DNA of 64,000 bases from an uncultured Chloroflexia bacterium (lineage in GTDB: Bacteria; Chloroflexota; Limnocylindria; Limnocylindrales; CSP1-4), in assembly GCA_963833225.1 (NCBI GenBank), contig CAWHXD010000008.1:160001-224000 (forward strand). Direction: 5' to 3'. The notes under the pieces were generated by a model. The model saw only the letters and a list, made by a program, of their open reading frames with translations, was not told where the DNA came from and ran no database searches. The position numbers and the translations under genes are program-made. Shown here one piece after another: positions 1 through 10,258 of the stretch (position 1 is the stretch's first letter; each line of letters opens with the position of its first letter).

Positions 1-413
1 CTGGCGGTCACAGGGACGGGAGCGCCGGATGCTCGATCTGGCCGATGGCGGGCACGACGGTCGCCGCTCTCGTGCTGGTCCTCTCCCCCACCCTGCCGGT
101 GCTCGTCATCGTGATGGCGGTGGTGGGATTCCTCAACGGCCCGCTGGACGTCGCGATGTTCACGCTCCGCCAGCGTCGCACCGACCAGGCCTGGATGGGT
201 CGGGCCTTCGCCGTGTCGATGGCGCTCAACTTCAGCGGCTACCCGTTCGGCGCGGCCATCGGCGGGGCGCTGGTGGGCCTGGGCGTGGGCATCCCGCTCG
301 CCGCCGCGGCCGCGTTCACCGCGCTGGCCGCCGTGCTGGCGGCGGTGCTCCTGCCTCGCGACGACCCGCCCGGGTCCACGGCCCCGCTGGTCGCGCCCTC
401 GGAGGCGCCGTAG
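1..413 (+). CDS. MFS transporter, C-terminal part (runs off the window start)
   Basis: ORF 45..413 encodes several hydrophobic helices and the motif 'TLRQRRTDQAWMGRAFAV..', typical of the last helices of MFS_3/DHA3-type transporters. Confidence 0.8.
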   Translation, partial: GGHRDGSAGCSIWPMAGTTVAALVLVLSPTLPVLVIVMAVVGFLNGPLDVAMFTLRQRRTDQAWMGRAFAVSMALNFSGYPFGAAIGGALVGLGVGIPLAAAAAFTALAAVLAAVLLPRDDPPGSTAPLVAPSEAP

Positions 414-464
414 CGCGTACCGACGCCGCTGAACGCGCCATCCGCTGCCCGGGCCGCCTGGCGA

Positions 465-604
465 ATGCGCCAGATATCACCCCAGCCTGCTGCAGCGACG
501 GTCGATGTGCCGGGATGCGCACGTTGCATCACCCCTGGTCGATATTGCGGGCAGCGGGGGCCGTCCGCGGTTGGTGCAGCGCCGGTGGGTGATATCTGGT
601 GCAT
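465..604. repeat. 140-bp palindromic element with 18-bp terminal inverted repeats (MITE/REP-like)
   Basis: atgcgccagatatcaccc (465-482) pairs with gggtgatatctggtgcat (587-604), 1 mismatch. Internal hairpin gatgc..gcatc. Lies between convergent genes. Confidence 0.6.
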
Positions 605-615
605 CGGGCACGCGC

Positions 616-727
616 GCCGCCGGGTGCGGGCCGGCGCCGTCGGGTGGGGGCCGCTGGCGGGAGCCGGCGCCGCCGGGTGGGTGCCGCCGCGGCCGGGTGA
701 GAGCCGGCGCCGGCCGGGTGAGAGCCG
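616..727. repeat. Degenerate ~20-21 bp tandem repeat (gccgggtg-rich)
   Basis: cggccgggtgagagccg occurs at 690-706 and 711-727. Looser copies lie upstream (gccgggtgcgggccggcgcc, gccgggtgggtgccgccgc). Confidence 0.5.
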
Positions 728-755
728 AAGCCCCGGCTCCCTCCGCCAACGTCCC

Positions 756-1097
756 TTAGCGGGGGCTGATCCCGATGAACGTGCCGCCGGAATCGCGGAT
801 CAACCGCCTGACCTCGATCACGCTCGTCGTGTCGATCGGGCCGTAGACGTGCGGGTAGATCCCGGCAGGGTCGTCGAACCGCCACGGGCTCCCGGTCGCG
901 TCGAGGTCGATGGTCAGCAGCAGGAACGATCGCGGATCCTCGCGGTAGAACCGGTTGGCCACCGCGACCATCGCCTCGTCACCGTCGGTGCAGTGCACGA
1001 ACCCGTCGTCGCGGTACCCGGCCGGGAGGTACGCGACGGCCGGATCGTGCGCCTCCCAGGTCGCCTCCGGGACCAGGTGCAGGGTCGGCCGGGTCAC
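756..1097 (-). CDS. DUF952 domain protein
   Basis: 113 aa with 'GFVHCT' and 'YPHVYGPI' motifs characteristic of DUF952. Its GTG start overlaps the upstream stop (GTGA). Confidence 0.88.
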   Translation of the reverse strand: MTRPTLHLVPEATWEAHDPAVAYLPAGYRDDGFVHCTDGDEAMVAVANRFYREDPRSFLLLTIDLDATGSPWRFDDPAGIYPHVYGPIDTTSVIEVRRLIRDSGGTFIGISPR

Positions 1098-3227
1098 GCG
1101 GGCGCCAGCTCCGCAAAGGCGGGCTCATCGACGCTCACCCATCGCCGGTCCAGCGCGAGCTGGATCACGGTGGGTCCGGAGGCGGCAAGCGCCGTTCGAA
1201 GCACCCCCTCGAACGCGGCATCGCTCTCCACCCTCACCCCGCGGGCACCACAGGCACGCGCCGCGGCGGCGAAGTCCAGCGGGCCCAGGTCCGTCCCGGG
1301 TGAGCTCGGGGCTCCCCTGCCGGTCCTGGTGGGCCCGGATCATGCCGTAGCGCTCGTTGTCGAACACGATGGCGACGACGTGGGCTTCCTCGCGGACCGC
1401 CGTCTCGACCTCGGCCAGGGTCATGCCCATGCCACCGTCGCCGAGCACGGCGACCACCCGGCGCTCGCGGTGGACGAGCGCGGCCGCGAGGGCGGCTGGA
1501 AAGCCGTAGCCCATCGCGCCCGACGTGGGACCGAGGAACGTGCCCGGCCGCCTGAACCGGAAGCCGCGAGCCGCCCACCCGCCGAACGCGCCCGCGTCAG
1601 TGGTCAGGATGGCGTCGTCGGGGAGCAGCCGGCGCAGATCGGCGATGATCTTGCCGGGGTGGACGCCGGGTCCGGTCCAGGTCCCCTCGTCGACGGCGGT
1701 TGCCGCCTCCCATGCGGTGCGGTCGGCCGTGTTGTGCGCATCGCGGACCGCGAGGGGTGCCGCCAGCAGGACCGCTTCCTTGAGACGCGCGTTGGCCGCC
1801 CGAAGGAAGGCGCGGGCATCGGCGCGCACGGCCAGCTCCGGAGCCGCCGCGAAGCCCACGGGCGCGGTCCGCGGCTCGACGTCCACGTGCATCCAGCGCT
1901 GGCCCATGGCCGGGACCCGGTAGTCGAACGTCGTCGGCTGGTTGAGGCGCGAGCCGAGGACGAGCAGCGCGTCCGCCTGCTCGATCCGCTCGCGCACGAC
2001 GCGGGGGCTGCCGAAGCCGGCCATCCCGAGGAACAGCGGGTGATCGTTGGGGATGACGTCGCCGCGCCGCCAGCTCGCGATCACCGGCACGTGGAGGAGC
2101 TCGGCAAAGCGCACCAGATCGTTTGAGCATCGGGCCCGCAGGACACCCGCCCCGGCAAGGATCAGCGGACGCTCGGCGGAGGCGAGGAAGTTGAGCACGG
2201 CGCGCACGTCCGTGACGGTCGGCGCCTCGGGATGCGGGCGCACGACCGGGACGAGCGTGCCTTCGGGGAGCTGCTGCTCCTGGACATCCTCCGGGATCGC
2301 GAGGACAACGGGGCCGGGCCGGCCTTCAACGGTGGCTCGAACGGCACTCTCGAGCATGGCCGCTGCCGTGGCCGGGTCGTCGATCGAGCCGGCCCACGTG
2401 GCAAGCCCGCCAACCGTGCCGACCAGGTCGACCTCCTGGAACGCCTCGCGTCCGACCAGACCGCGATCGACGTCGCCGAGGATGACGAACATCGGCGTCG
2501 AGTCGGCGGTGGCCGTATGGATGCCGATGGCCAGGTTCGCCGCGCCCACGGCACGGGTGCCAAGGCACACGGCAGGCCGGCCGGTGAGCTGGCCATAGGC
2601 TTCCGCGGCGAACGCGGCGCCGCCCTCGTGGCGCGTGGCGACGATCCGGATCCCCACGGCGGCCAGCGCGTCGAGGATGGCGAGGAAGCTCTCGCCGGCA
2701 ACCGTGAACGCGACGCGGACGCCCGCCGCGCGCAGGGTGGCGGCGACGAGCTCGGCGACCGTGGTCGGCTCCACGGGCGCGGTCGAGACGGGCTCTAGCT
2801 CGGGGGTCTCGGGTTCCGTGGTCTCGGCGGTGATCGGCGCTGCGGCAGGCTCCGGATCGGGAGCTGCCGTCGTCGTGGGCTCGGCCTCCGTCGGCTCGGC
2901 CTCCTCGGGCTCTGTCGCAGGGAGCTCGGCCTCCGCGGGCTCTGATGCCTCCGGCTCCGTTTCCGTGGCCGGCTCTGGCGCCGGTTCGGCAACTTCCGGA
3001 TCGGCTTCGGGTTCGGCGACTTCCGGATCGGCTTCGGGCTCGGCCTCCGGCTCGCCCGCTTCGGGATCGGCCACTTCGGGGTCCGGATCCGCCGCCCCGG
3101 GCGCGGCGTCGGGTCCCGTCAGCACCGCCGCGTCGACGTCGACCCCCACCGGTTCGACCTTCTCGTCGTCGGCGGCCTGCGGCCCGGCGGCCGGCTCGTC
3201 AGTGGCTTCAGGGCGAAACGGTTCCAT
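1094..3227 (-). CDS. Thiamine pyrophosphate-dependent enzyme (acetolactate synthase-like) with a long acidic N-terminal extension; frameshift near 1310
   Basis: Motifs 'TRHEGGAAFAAEAYGQLTGRP', 'GAMGYGFPAA' and TPP-binding 'GDGG...N'. The C-terminus continues in another frame (DLGPLDFAAAARACG...) to TGA at 1094. Confidence 0.85.
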
Positions 3228-3310
3228 CGGAGACCTCCTCTCCGGCCTGACGGCGGTCCGTCCGGGGCCGGTGCCTGCGAAGTGGATCTGGGGACGCGAC
3301 GGGGGGTTGA

Positions 3311-3421
3311 TCAGGTCGGGGCGACGACCAGGCTCGCGGCCACCATCCCGAACACCATCCCGGTGATGATGACGACCGTGAGGATGATCATGATGGTGCG
3401 GCCGGCACGGGATCCCGGCAT
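3311..3421 (-). CDS. Small 36-aa single-pass membrane protein (absent from the ORF track)
   Basis: Reads MPGSRAGRTIMIILTVVIITGMVFGMVAASLVVAPT*. A GGAGG RBS lies 5 nt upstream, overlapping the yajQ stop. Confidence 0.65.
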   Translation of the reverse strand: MPGSRAGRTIMIILTVVIITGMVFGMVAASLVVAPT

Positions 3422-3430
3422 GCCAACCTC

Positions 3431-3922
3431 CTAGCGGTAGTTCTCGAACTGGAGCGGGACCGTCTCGTCGAGCTGCCGGAGACGACCGATCACCTTCTGG
3501 AGCTCATCCCGGCTCTTGCCGACCACCCGGATCGCGTCGCCCTGGACCCGGGGCTGGACCTTGGGGAACTCGTCGCGGATCAGCTTCACGAGCTTGCGGG
3601 CCAGGTCGTCCGGGAGCCCGCGCCGCAGGGTGATCTCCTGGCGCACCTTGTTGCCGCCAGCGGGGAGGACCTCGCCCCAGTCGAAGATCTTGAGCGACAG
3701 GCCGCGCCGCACGGCCTTGGACTCGATGAGGTCGTGGACGGCCCCCGCGCGCATCTCGCTGTCGGTCACCAGCACCAGGCGCGTCTTCTCCTGCGTGAGG
3801 TCGACGTGGGCGCCCTTGAAGTCGTAGCGCTGCTGGACCTCGCGACGGACCTGGTCGAGCGCGTTCCGGAGCTCCTGCTCATCGAAGTCCGACACGACGT
3901 CGAACGATTCTCCGCCCGCCAT
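3431..3922 (-). CDS. yajQ: YajQ family cyclic di-GMP/nucleotide-binding protein
   Basis: 'SFDVVSDFDEQELRNALDQ..QRYDFKG' and C-terminal 'PLQFENYR'; 163 aa. Confidence 0.95.
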   Translation of the reverse strand: MAGGESFDVVSDFDEQELRNALDQVRREVQQRYDFKGAHVDLTQEKTRLVLVTDSEMRAGAVHDLIESKAVRRGLSLKIFDWGEVLPAGGNKVRQEITLRRGLPDDLARKLVKLIRDEFPKVQPRVQGDAIRVVGKSRDELQKVIGRLRQLDETVPLQFENYR

Positions 3923-3934
3923 CGGCGCTCCTTC

Positions 3935-4321
3935 CTAGCCCGCGAGGTGCTCGCGGGTCACTGCCCATTGCCTGAGGCGCACGATGCGCCCGTCCTCTCC
4001 GACCTCGGCGGAGAGAAACCCAGCCTGCCGGACCTTCGCCTCGTCGCGGCGCCGGTTCCAGCTGGCATGCCACGCGGCGAGGACCATGTTGCCCGACACC
4101 CAGTGCCGTTCGATCGCCAGATCGTAGTACCGCTCGGACTCGGCCGCGTCGTTCAAGTATGCCCGGAGCGCGTTGTGGCCTGCCAGCGGTGGTGTGAAGG
4201 GGTCCAGCGAGACCTCGGCCGTCTCGGCGAAGCGGTCCGTGAACGCGTCCCCGTCGTAGGCCGTCCGGGCGTGGGACAGGGCGGCCAGCAGGTCGTGGGC
4301 CTGGGGGTAGGTGATGTCCAT
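3935..4321 (-). CDS. NTF2/SnoaL-like family protein
   Basis: 128 aa from ATG 4321 (MDITYPQAH..). Pattern 'PLAGHNALRAYL' and 'GRIVRLRQW' fits the NTF2-like fold. Fused to the murC tail in the ORF track only through a frameshift. Confidence 0.7.
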   Translation of the reverse strand: MDITYPQAHDLLAALSHARTAYDGDAFTDRFAETAEVSLDPFTPPLAGHNALRAYLNDAAESERYYDLAIERHWVSGNMVLAAWHASWNRRRDEAKVRQAGFLSAEVGEDGRIVRLRQWAVTREHLAG

Positions 4322-5894
4322 CAGGCCTCCAGCTGGTCCAGCAGGAGCTCGCCGATCCGGTAGCGAGCGGCCGCCGCCCATGACCAGCACCACGTCACCG
4401 GCACCGACCCTCGTCGCCAGCCAGGCGGCCGTCTCCTCGACGGATCCTGGGGCCTCGACGGGCTTGCCGGGTGCCAGCTCCGCGATCAGGCGGGCGAGCG
4501 CCCCCGACGAGGTGATCGTGGTGTCCGGATCTCGACCGGCCCAGATATCGGCGATGGCCACGGCATCCGCCGCGGCCAGCACCTCGGCGAAGGCGTCGAG
4601 CATCGCCGCGGTGCGGTGATAGGTCAGCGGCTCGTAGACGGCCCACACGCGACGCCCGGGCTCGCGCTGACGGACGGCCGCCAGCGTCTCTCGAATGGCG
4701 GTGGGATGGTGGCCGTAGTCGTCGTAGACGACGACCCCGCGCGCCTCTCCCTTGCGCTCGAGCCGCCTTCCGACCCCCGCGAACGAGGCGATCCCCGGAG
4801 CCAGGACGTCCGGCCGGACGCCCGCGGCAATCCCCGCCCCGAGCACCCCGAGGGCGTTGGAGGCGTTGTGGCGGCCGGCGGTCGCGAGCTGGATCGATGC
4901 CCAGGCTGACATCGCCGGGTGCTGTCGCGACCTCGAGCGCCGTCCCATCGGGTCCGGCGGCGGCGATCCGTCCGACGATGCCCACCGTGGCGGGCCAGTG
5001 GGTGCGGAACCCGTCGGCGGCGGCGCGGGCATCGAGCGGCTCCCCGTCCCCGATCAGCTTCGTGGCGACGAGACGGCCCTGCCAATCCCAAAGCCGCCCG
5101 ACCAGCGTGGCCACCCCCGCGTCGCCGACGTTCGCCACGAGCACGGGGGGTGCCTCGGAGGGTCCCCGGTCCGCGGCCGCCCGCCGGACCCAGGCCTCGA
5201 ACGCATCGAGCACCGCGTCGCGGTCCGCGAACACGTCTGGGTGGTCCCACTCGACCGTGGTCAGGACGATCACGTCGGGCCGGTACGGGTCGAAGTTGCC
5301 CGCGTACTCGTCGGCCTCGACGACGAACGGCCGCCCGGCTCCCCGCCGGGCGGTTGCCGGCACGCCGATCCCGGTCAGGCTTGCCGGCAGGAGCGCGCCG
5401 ACGAACGCTCCAGGGTCGGTGCCGGCGGCCGCGAGCGCATGGACCAGCCAGCCGGCCGTGGTGCTCTTGCCGTGAGTCCCCGCGACGGCGATCAGGCGAC
5501 GTCCCGACGCGGCGTCCGCGACGACCTGCTGCCAGGGTTCCAGCGGGATGCCCGCCGCCCGGGCCGCCGCCAGCTCCGCGTTGTCCGGGTCGATCGCGGT
5601 GAGGGCCTTGGTCACGGCGAGCCGGTCAGGCGCGGGTCCTCCGGTGATGTGGGCGGCATCGTGCGCCCCCGCGACCACCACCCCCGCGGCGTCGAGCGCC
5701 TGCGAGTAGGGCGACGGTCCCCCCGGGTCGCACCCGTCCACGTCCGCGCCGGCCCAGGCGGCCAGCAGGGCGGCGGCTGAGGCGCCCGCCCCGTGCGCCC
5801 CGACCACATGGATCCGCTCGCCGGGCCGGATCGGCCGCGCGAGCCGCGCCGCGGCGAGCCCGGCCCCGATCTCCGCGGCCCCGCGAACGCTCAC
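4321..5894 (-). CDS. murC: UDP-N-acetylmuramate--L-alanine ligase (frameshifts near 4900 and 4360)
   Basis: 'AGTHGKSTT', 'VVEADE', 'EWDHPD', 'GRHNASNA', 'GVGRRLE' and 'DDYGHHPTAI' are spread over ORFs 4395..5894 and 3935..5032. Confidence 0.9.
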
Positions 5895-6394
5895 GCGGGC
5901 GCGTCGCGCAAGCCGAGCTCGGTGAGCATCGTCATGGCCGCCTCGGCGCTCGCGAGCTTGTTCTGCGTCCGGTCACCGGACCACTGGAACCGCCGGACCT
6001 CGGGCGGGGCGCCGCCGCCGCCGGCCACCGCCACGTACACGAGCCCCACGGGCTTGGACGCGGTCCCTCCGTCGGGACCGGCCACGCCCGTCACCGAGAC
6101 ACCCAGATCCGTCCCGAGCCGCGCCCGGACCCCCTCGGCCATCGCGATCGCCACCTGGGCCGACACGGCCCCGTGAGCGGCGAGCACCTCCCGGGGCACG
6201 CCGAGCTGCGCCACCTTGACGGCGTCCGCGTAGGCGATCACCCCGCCACGGAAGTAGCCCGATGACCCCGGAACCTCGGTGAGCAGGTGCGCCACCAGCC
6301 CGCCGGTGCACGACTCGGCCGTGGCGACGGTCAGGCCGGCCGCCAGGCAGGCGGCCTGGAGGCGAGCAGCGAGCGCTTCGAGCTCCTCGGCCAC
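5891..6394 (-). CDS. cinA: CinA C-terminal / PncC nicotinamide-nucleotide amidohydrolase
   Basis: 'TAESCTGG', 'GAVSAQVAIAMAEG', 'TGVAGPDGG..KPVGLVY'. Confidence 0.9.
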   Translation of the reverse strand: MAEELEALAARLQAACLAAGLTVATAESCTGGLVAHLLTEVPGSSGYFRGGVIAYADAVKVAQLGVPREVLAAHGAVSAQVAIAMAEGVRARLGTDLGVSVTGVAGPDGGTASKPVGLVYVAVAGGGGAPPEVRRFQWSGDRTQNKLASAEAAMTMLTELGLRDAPA

Positions 6395-6397
6395 CGG

Positions 6398-7819
6398 CTA
6401 TGTCCGGTTGGTCTTGACCGGCGGATCGGGCGGCGCGAACAGCCAGGTCTCCGGGTTGCCCAGCTTGGACATGTGTCCCAGGTCCTCCCCGTTGAGGGTG
6501 AAGTACGTCGCGCTGGACTTGCCCGTGCGCACCTCGATGGACTGCTGCGCGGTGAACGTCAGCACCTTGCCCGGGCTGTAGACGGTGCCCGCGGCACCCG
6601 TCACCTTGGACAGCTTGCCATCCACCCAGACCTTGAGCCACGCCGTGGAGCCCTTGACCGTGATCACGAGGTTCACGCCCTTGTAGACGATCGTGACGTT
6701 GCGCGTCAGCGTGGTGGCCTTGCCCTCCTGCGAGGTGGCGGTCACCACGATCGTCCAGGCCCCGGCCGAGAGATCGAGCGGCGTGTCGAACGAGCCGTCC
6801 TCGCCCACCTCGACCGTCACCGGACCCACGGTGGGACCAGCCGGGATCACTGGCGCCGGCGAGCCCGAATCCGGCGCGGCGGTCGGCGTGTCTGCGGGGG
6901 CTGCGGGCGTCGCGACCGGCTTCCCGTCGGCGTCCGCGGTCTGCACCGCCCCGATCGCGACCGACACGGCGTTCGATGTCGTCCCTCGCACCGGGATGGC
7001 GCCGTTCTCGAACTTGGAGCCCTCGGCCGGCGAGTCGAGGTTGAGCGTGGGCGCCTCGATCACGAGGAAGGGCACGGTGATGAACACCCGCTCGGAGTTC
7101 TCGGACGCCTTGCCGGTCTCCGGGTCCAGCGCGCTGATGTCGAACTGGTTGCGTCCGCGGCGAAGCTCGACATCGGCGGTCCAGCGCCCATTGTCGTCCG
7201 CCGTCACCCGGTATGGCTGCTCGCGCCCGGCAGCGTCGACCGTGATCGTCGCCCCCGCGATCGAGGTCCCGCGCAGGGAGTACGTCGTCGTGTCCTCGGG
7301 GACCTCGATCACCGCCTGGGGCGGATTGGTCAGAGCGAGCGTCGGCGGCTTGGCAAACCGGACGAGCTGGATCCCGATGTACACGGCGAACACCGCGATC
7401 AGGATCGTGAGCAGCGCGGCCACGATGATCACCGGGGAGAACGTCAGGCCCTGCCGCGGCGCGGCCAGCGGCTTGGGCACCGACAGGGCGGGCTCTGCCG
7501 CCACCTGGGTATCGCCGCGCTCCCGGCGCCACTGGCGGATCACGTCCTCCGGGTCCAGGCCCAGATACAGCGCGTAGTTGCGCAGGAAGCCCTTGGTGTA
7601 GACGGCACCCGGCAGCTCGGCATACTCGCCGTGCTCGAGGGCCGCGAGATAGCGGGCGCGGATCTTGGTGTCGCGCTCGGCGCGGTAGAGGTCGACCCCC
7701 TTGCGCTCGCGAGCGGCCAGCAGCCGTTCCGGAAGGAGCGGGCCGGCCTCCTGGGCGTACGCGCGGTCCCCATCTCGCGCATCGGCGCGGGCCCGGCGCA
7801 GTCGGTCTCGCGTCGTCAT
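6398..7819 (-). CDS. rodZ: RodZ-like protein: HTH, TM helix, Ig-like beta domains, DUF4115-like C-terminus
   Basis: ATG 7819 overlaps the ftsK stop. RodZ HTH 'TKIRARYLAALEHGEYAELPGAVYTKGFLRNYALYLGLD', a TM helix, and C-terminal 'WLKVWVDGK..IEVRTGK..LNG'. Confidence 0.82.
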   Translation of the reverse strand: MTTRDRLRRARADARDGDRAYAQEAGPLLPERLLAARERKGVDLYRAERDTKIRARYLAALEHGEYAELPGAVYTKGFLRNYALYLGLDPEDVIRQWRRERGDTQVAAEPALSVPKPLAAPRQGLTFSPVIIVAALLTILIAVFAVYIGIQLVRFAKPPTLALTNPPQAVIEVPEDTTTYSLRGTSIAGATITVDAAGREQPYRVTADDNGRWTADVELRRGRNQFDISALDPETGKASENSERVFITVPFLVIEAPTLNLDSPAEGSKFENGAIPVRGTTSNAVSVAIGAVQTADADGKPVATPAAPADTPTAAPDSGSPAPVIPAGPTVGPVTVEVGEDGSFDTPLDLSAGAWTIVVTATSQEGKATTLTRNVTIVYKGVNLVITVKGSTAWLKVWVDGKLSKVTGAAGTVYSPGKVLTFTAQQSIEVRTGKSSATYFTLNGEDLGHMSKLGNPETWLFAPPDPPVKTNRT

Positions 7820-10255
7820 GCCCTGTCCTCGTCCTCTGCCGGGCCCGGCGCTTCCGCCCGGCGGAGGACCACCCGGGCATTGGAGCCGTCGAACTTGCCC
7901 ACGTATCCCCGCACCTCGAGCTGGTCGATGATCCGGGCGGCCCTGGCGTAGCCGATTCTTCAGGCGCCGCTGGAGCAGGGACGCCGAGGCCCGATCGTAC
8001 TCCTGGATGACCGCGACCGCGTCCAGCAGGAGCCGGTCGGCGTCATCCTCGACGGCCTCTTCGACGGAGCCCGTGGAATCCTCGTCGGACGCGACGATGG
8101 CGAGGTCGTAGCGCGGCGGCCCGTCCACCTGGTCCCGCCAGTGCTGGGTCACGGCCACGATCTCCGGGTCCGAGACGAACACGCCCTGGTGGCGCGTGGG
8201 CTTGGGCTGGTCGGACGGCTGGTACAGCATGTCCCCGCGGCCGATCAGGTCCTCCGCGCCGGGCGCATCGAGGATCGTGCGGCTGTCGATCTGGCTGGCC
8301 ATCGCGAACGCGATCCGCGAGGGGAAGTTGGCCTTGATCAGGCCGGTCACGACGTTGACCGACGGGCGCTGGGTGGCGAGGACCATGTGGACGCCGGTGG
8401 CCCGCGCCTTCTGCGCCAGCCGGACGATCGGGTCCTCGACGTTCTTCCCTTCCCGCATCATGAGGTCCGCGAGCTCGTCGATCACGATCACGATGTACGG
8501 CAGGCGGTCGGCCGGATCCACCCGGGTGTCGTTGTAGGACTTGATGTTGCGGGCGGTCGCGCCGGCGAACTTGCGGTAGCGGTGCTCCATCTCGGACACG
8601 GCCCACTTGAGCGCCGCCTTGGCCTTGTCGGGCTCGGTGATCACCGGGACCAGCAGGTGCGGCAGCTCGTTGTAGCCGGCGAGCTCGACGCGCTTGAGGT
8701 CCATCAGGATCATCCGCACGTCGTCCGGGGTGGCGTTGCACAACAGGCTGGTGATCACGGCGTTGACCATGACGCTCTTGCCCGAGCCCGTGGCGCCCGC
8801 GATCAGCAGGTGGGGCATCCGGGCGAGGTCCACGGCCACGGCGCGGCCGGCCACGTCGCGGCCGAGGGCGAAGGTCAGGCGCGTCCCCGAGGCTGAGAAG
8901 TCGACCTCCTCGAGGATCCGGCGCAGCGCGACGACGTTGAAGTCCGCGTTGGGGATCTCGATGCCCACGGCGCTCTTGCCCGGGATGGGCGCCTCGATCC
9001 GGATGCTGCGTGCGGCAAGCGCCATGGCGAGATCGTCCGAGAGGGCCTCGATCCGGCTGACCTTGATGTGGGCCGCCGGCTGGACCTCGTACTGGGTGAC
9101 GACGGGCCCCGCGTTGCGTCCGACGATCCGGGCCGGGATGTCGAAGCTCTGGAGCTTGCGGACGATGATCTCCTCGTTGCGCGCGTGGAGCACGTCCTGG
9201 TTGCCGGAGGCGACGGCGCTGATCGGCTCGCCCGGATCGAGCAGCGCGTGGGGCGGCAGCGTCCACTCGATAGGCGCGCGTGTGGGCGGCGTGTCCGCCC
9301 CGTCCGTGACGTCACCCGGATCGCGACGAGGACGCTCGGCCGGCACGCGCGCGAGCCCCGGATCGGCGAGCGCCGAACCCGCCGCGCGCAACGGGGCGAT
9401 GGTGGCCGACGCGGGCCCCATCGTGGGCATCGCGACCGGGATGTCGTTCATCCCGTCGTCCGAGCCCCAGACGCCGGTCTGGCCAGGGGCGTCCACGGCC
9501 GGGATCCGGGCGCCCCGGCCTCGACGGCCGCCTTCCGACGGGGCCGGCCCGGTTGCCACGTCCACGACGCGTTGCCCGTTGGCGCTCTTGCCATTAGCCT
9601 TCGGGGTCGACCCCTCCGTCTTCACGGCCTTGATCGTCCGGTCCTGGAGCGTGGTCCCGGCCGCCTTTGCGAGGTTCGTGGCTGGCGCCAGCATGGCCCG
9701 CAACGGTTGGTCGAAGGCGATCAGCAGGCCCGCGAGCAGCAGGACGGTCAGCACCACGAACGCACCCGGGCCTGTCAAGAGCGGTGCCAGGAGGTCCGCC
9801 AGGAACCGCCCGATGCGTCCGCCGGTCCAGCGATTGACGTCGATCAGCTGGAGCATGCCCACGAACCCCACGTAGGCGAGGCCGATGCCCAGCAGCGTGC
9901 GTCCCCAGGGCGCGCCCTTCTCCTTGCCGGGACCCCATTCGAGGTACCAGCCGGCAACGAGCAGCACGAACGGCAGCAGCCAGCGCCCGGATCCCACGAA
10001 CGGGGCGGCGGTGTCGCGCCACCAGTCCGTGAGGCTCCCCTTGCCCGGCAGCGTCAGGGCGATCAGCGTCACGGCGCCCAGGCCCAGCAGGAACAGGCCA
10101 ACCAGCGACCGGACCACATCCGAGGACAGCCCGAGCGACAGCCGCGGCAGCGGCAGACCACGACGCCTGGCCGTCGACCGCGACCGGGATGACGGGGCCC
10201 GGGTCGGTCGCCGCGCCGGCGCGGAGCGCGACGTCGGGCGTCGCTGCTTCGCCAT
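7816..10255 (-). CDS. ftsK: DNA translocase FtsK/SpoIIIE (1-nt insertion near 7958)
   Basis: 4-TM N-terminus, 'PHLLIAGATGSGKS', 'VIDELADLM', 'LATQRPS'. The gamma domain reads 'ASASLLQRRLK(I)GYARAARIIDQLE' once one extra A is removed. Confidence 0.95.
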
Positions 10256-10258
10256 CCG

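Noticed and set aside
3935-5032. Apparent MurC C-terminus-NTF2 fusion
   Set aside because: Caused by a frameshift near 4360. murC has its own TGA at 4321-4323 overlapping the NTF2 ATG.
6398-10255. Apparent 1285-aa FtsK-RodZ fusion
   Set aside because: One extra A near 7958 breaks the FtsK gamma motif (LKIGYARAARIID). Correcting it ends ftsK at an ATGA overlap with the rodZ start, so this is most likely a sequencing artefact.
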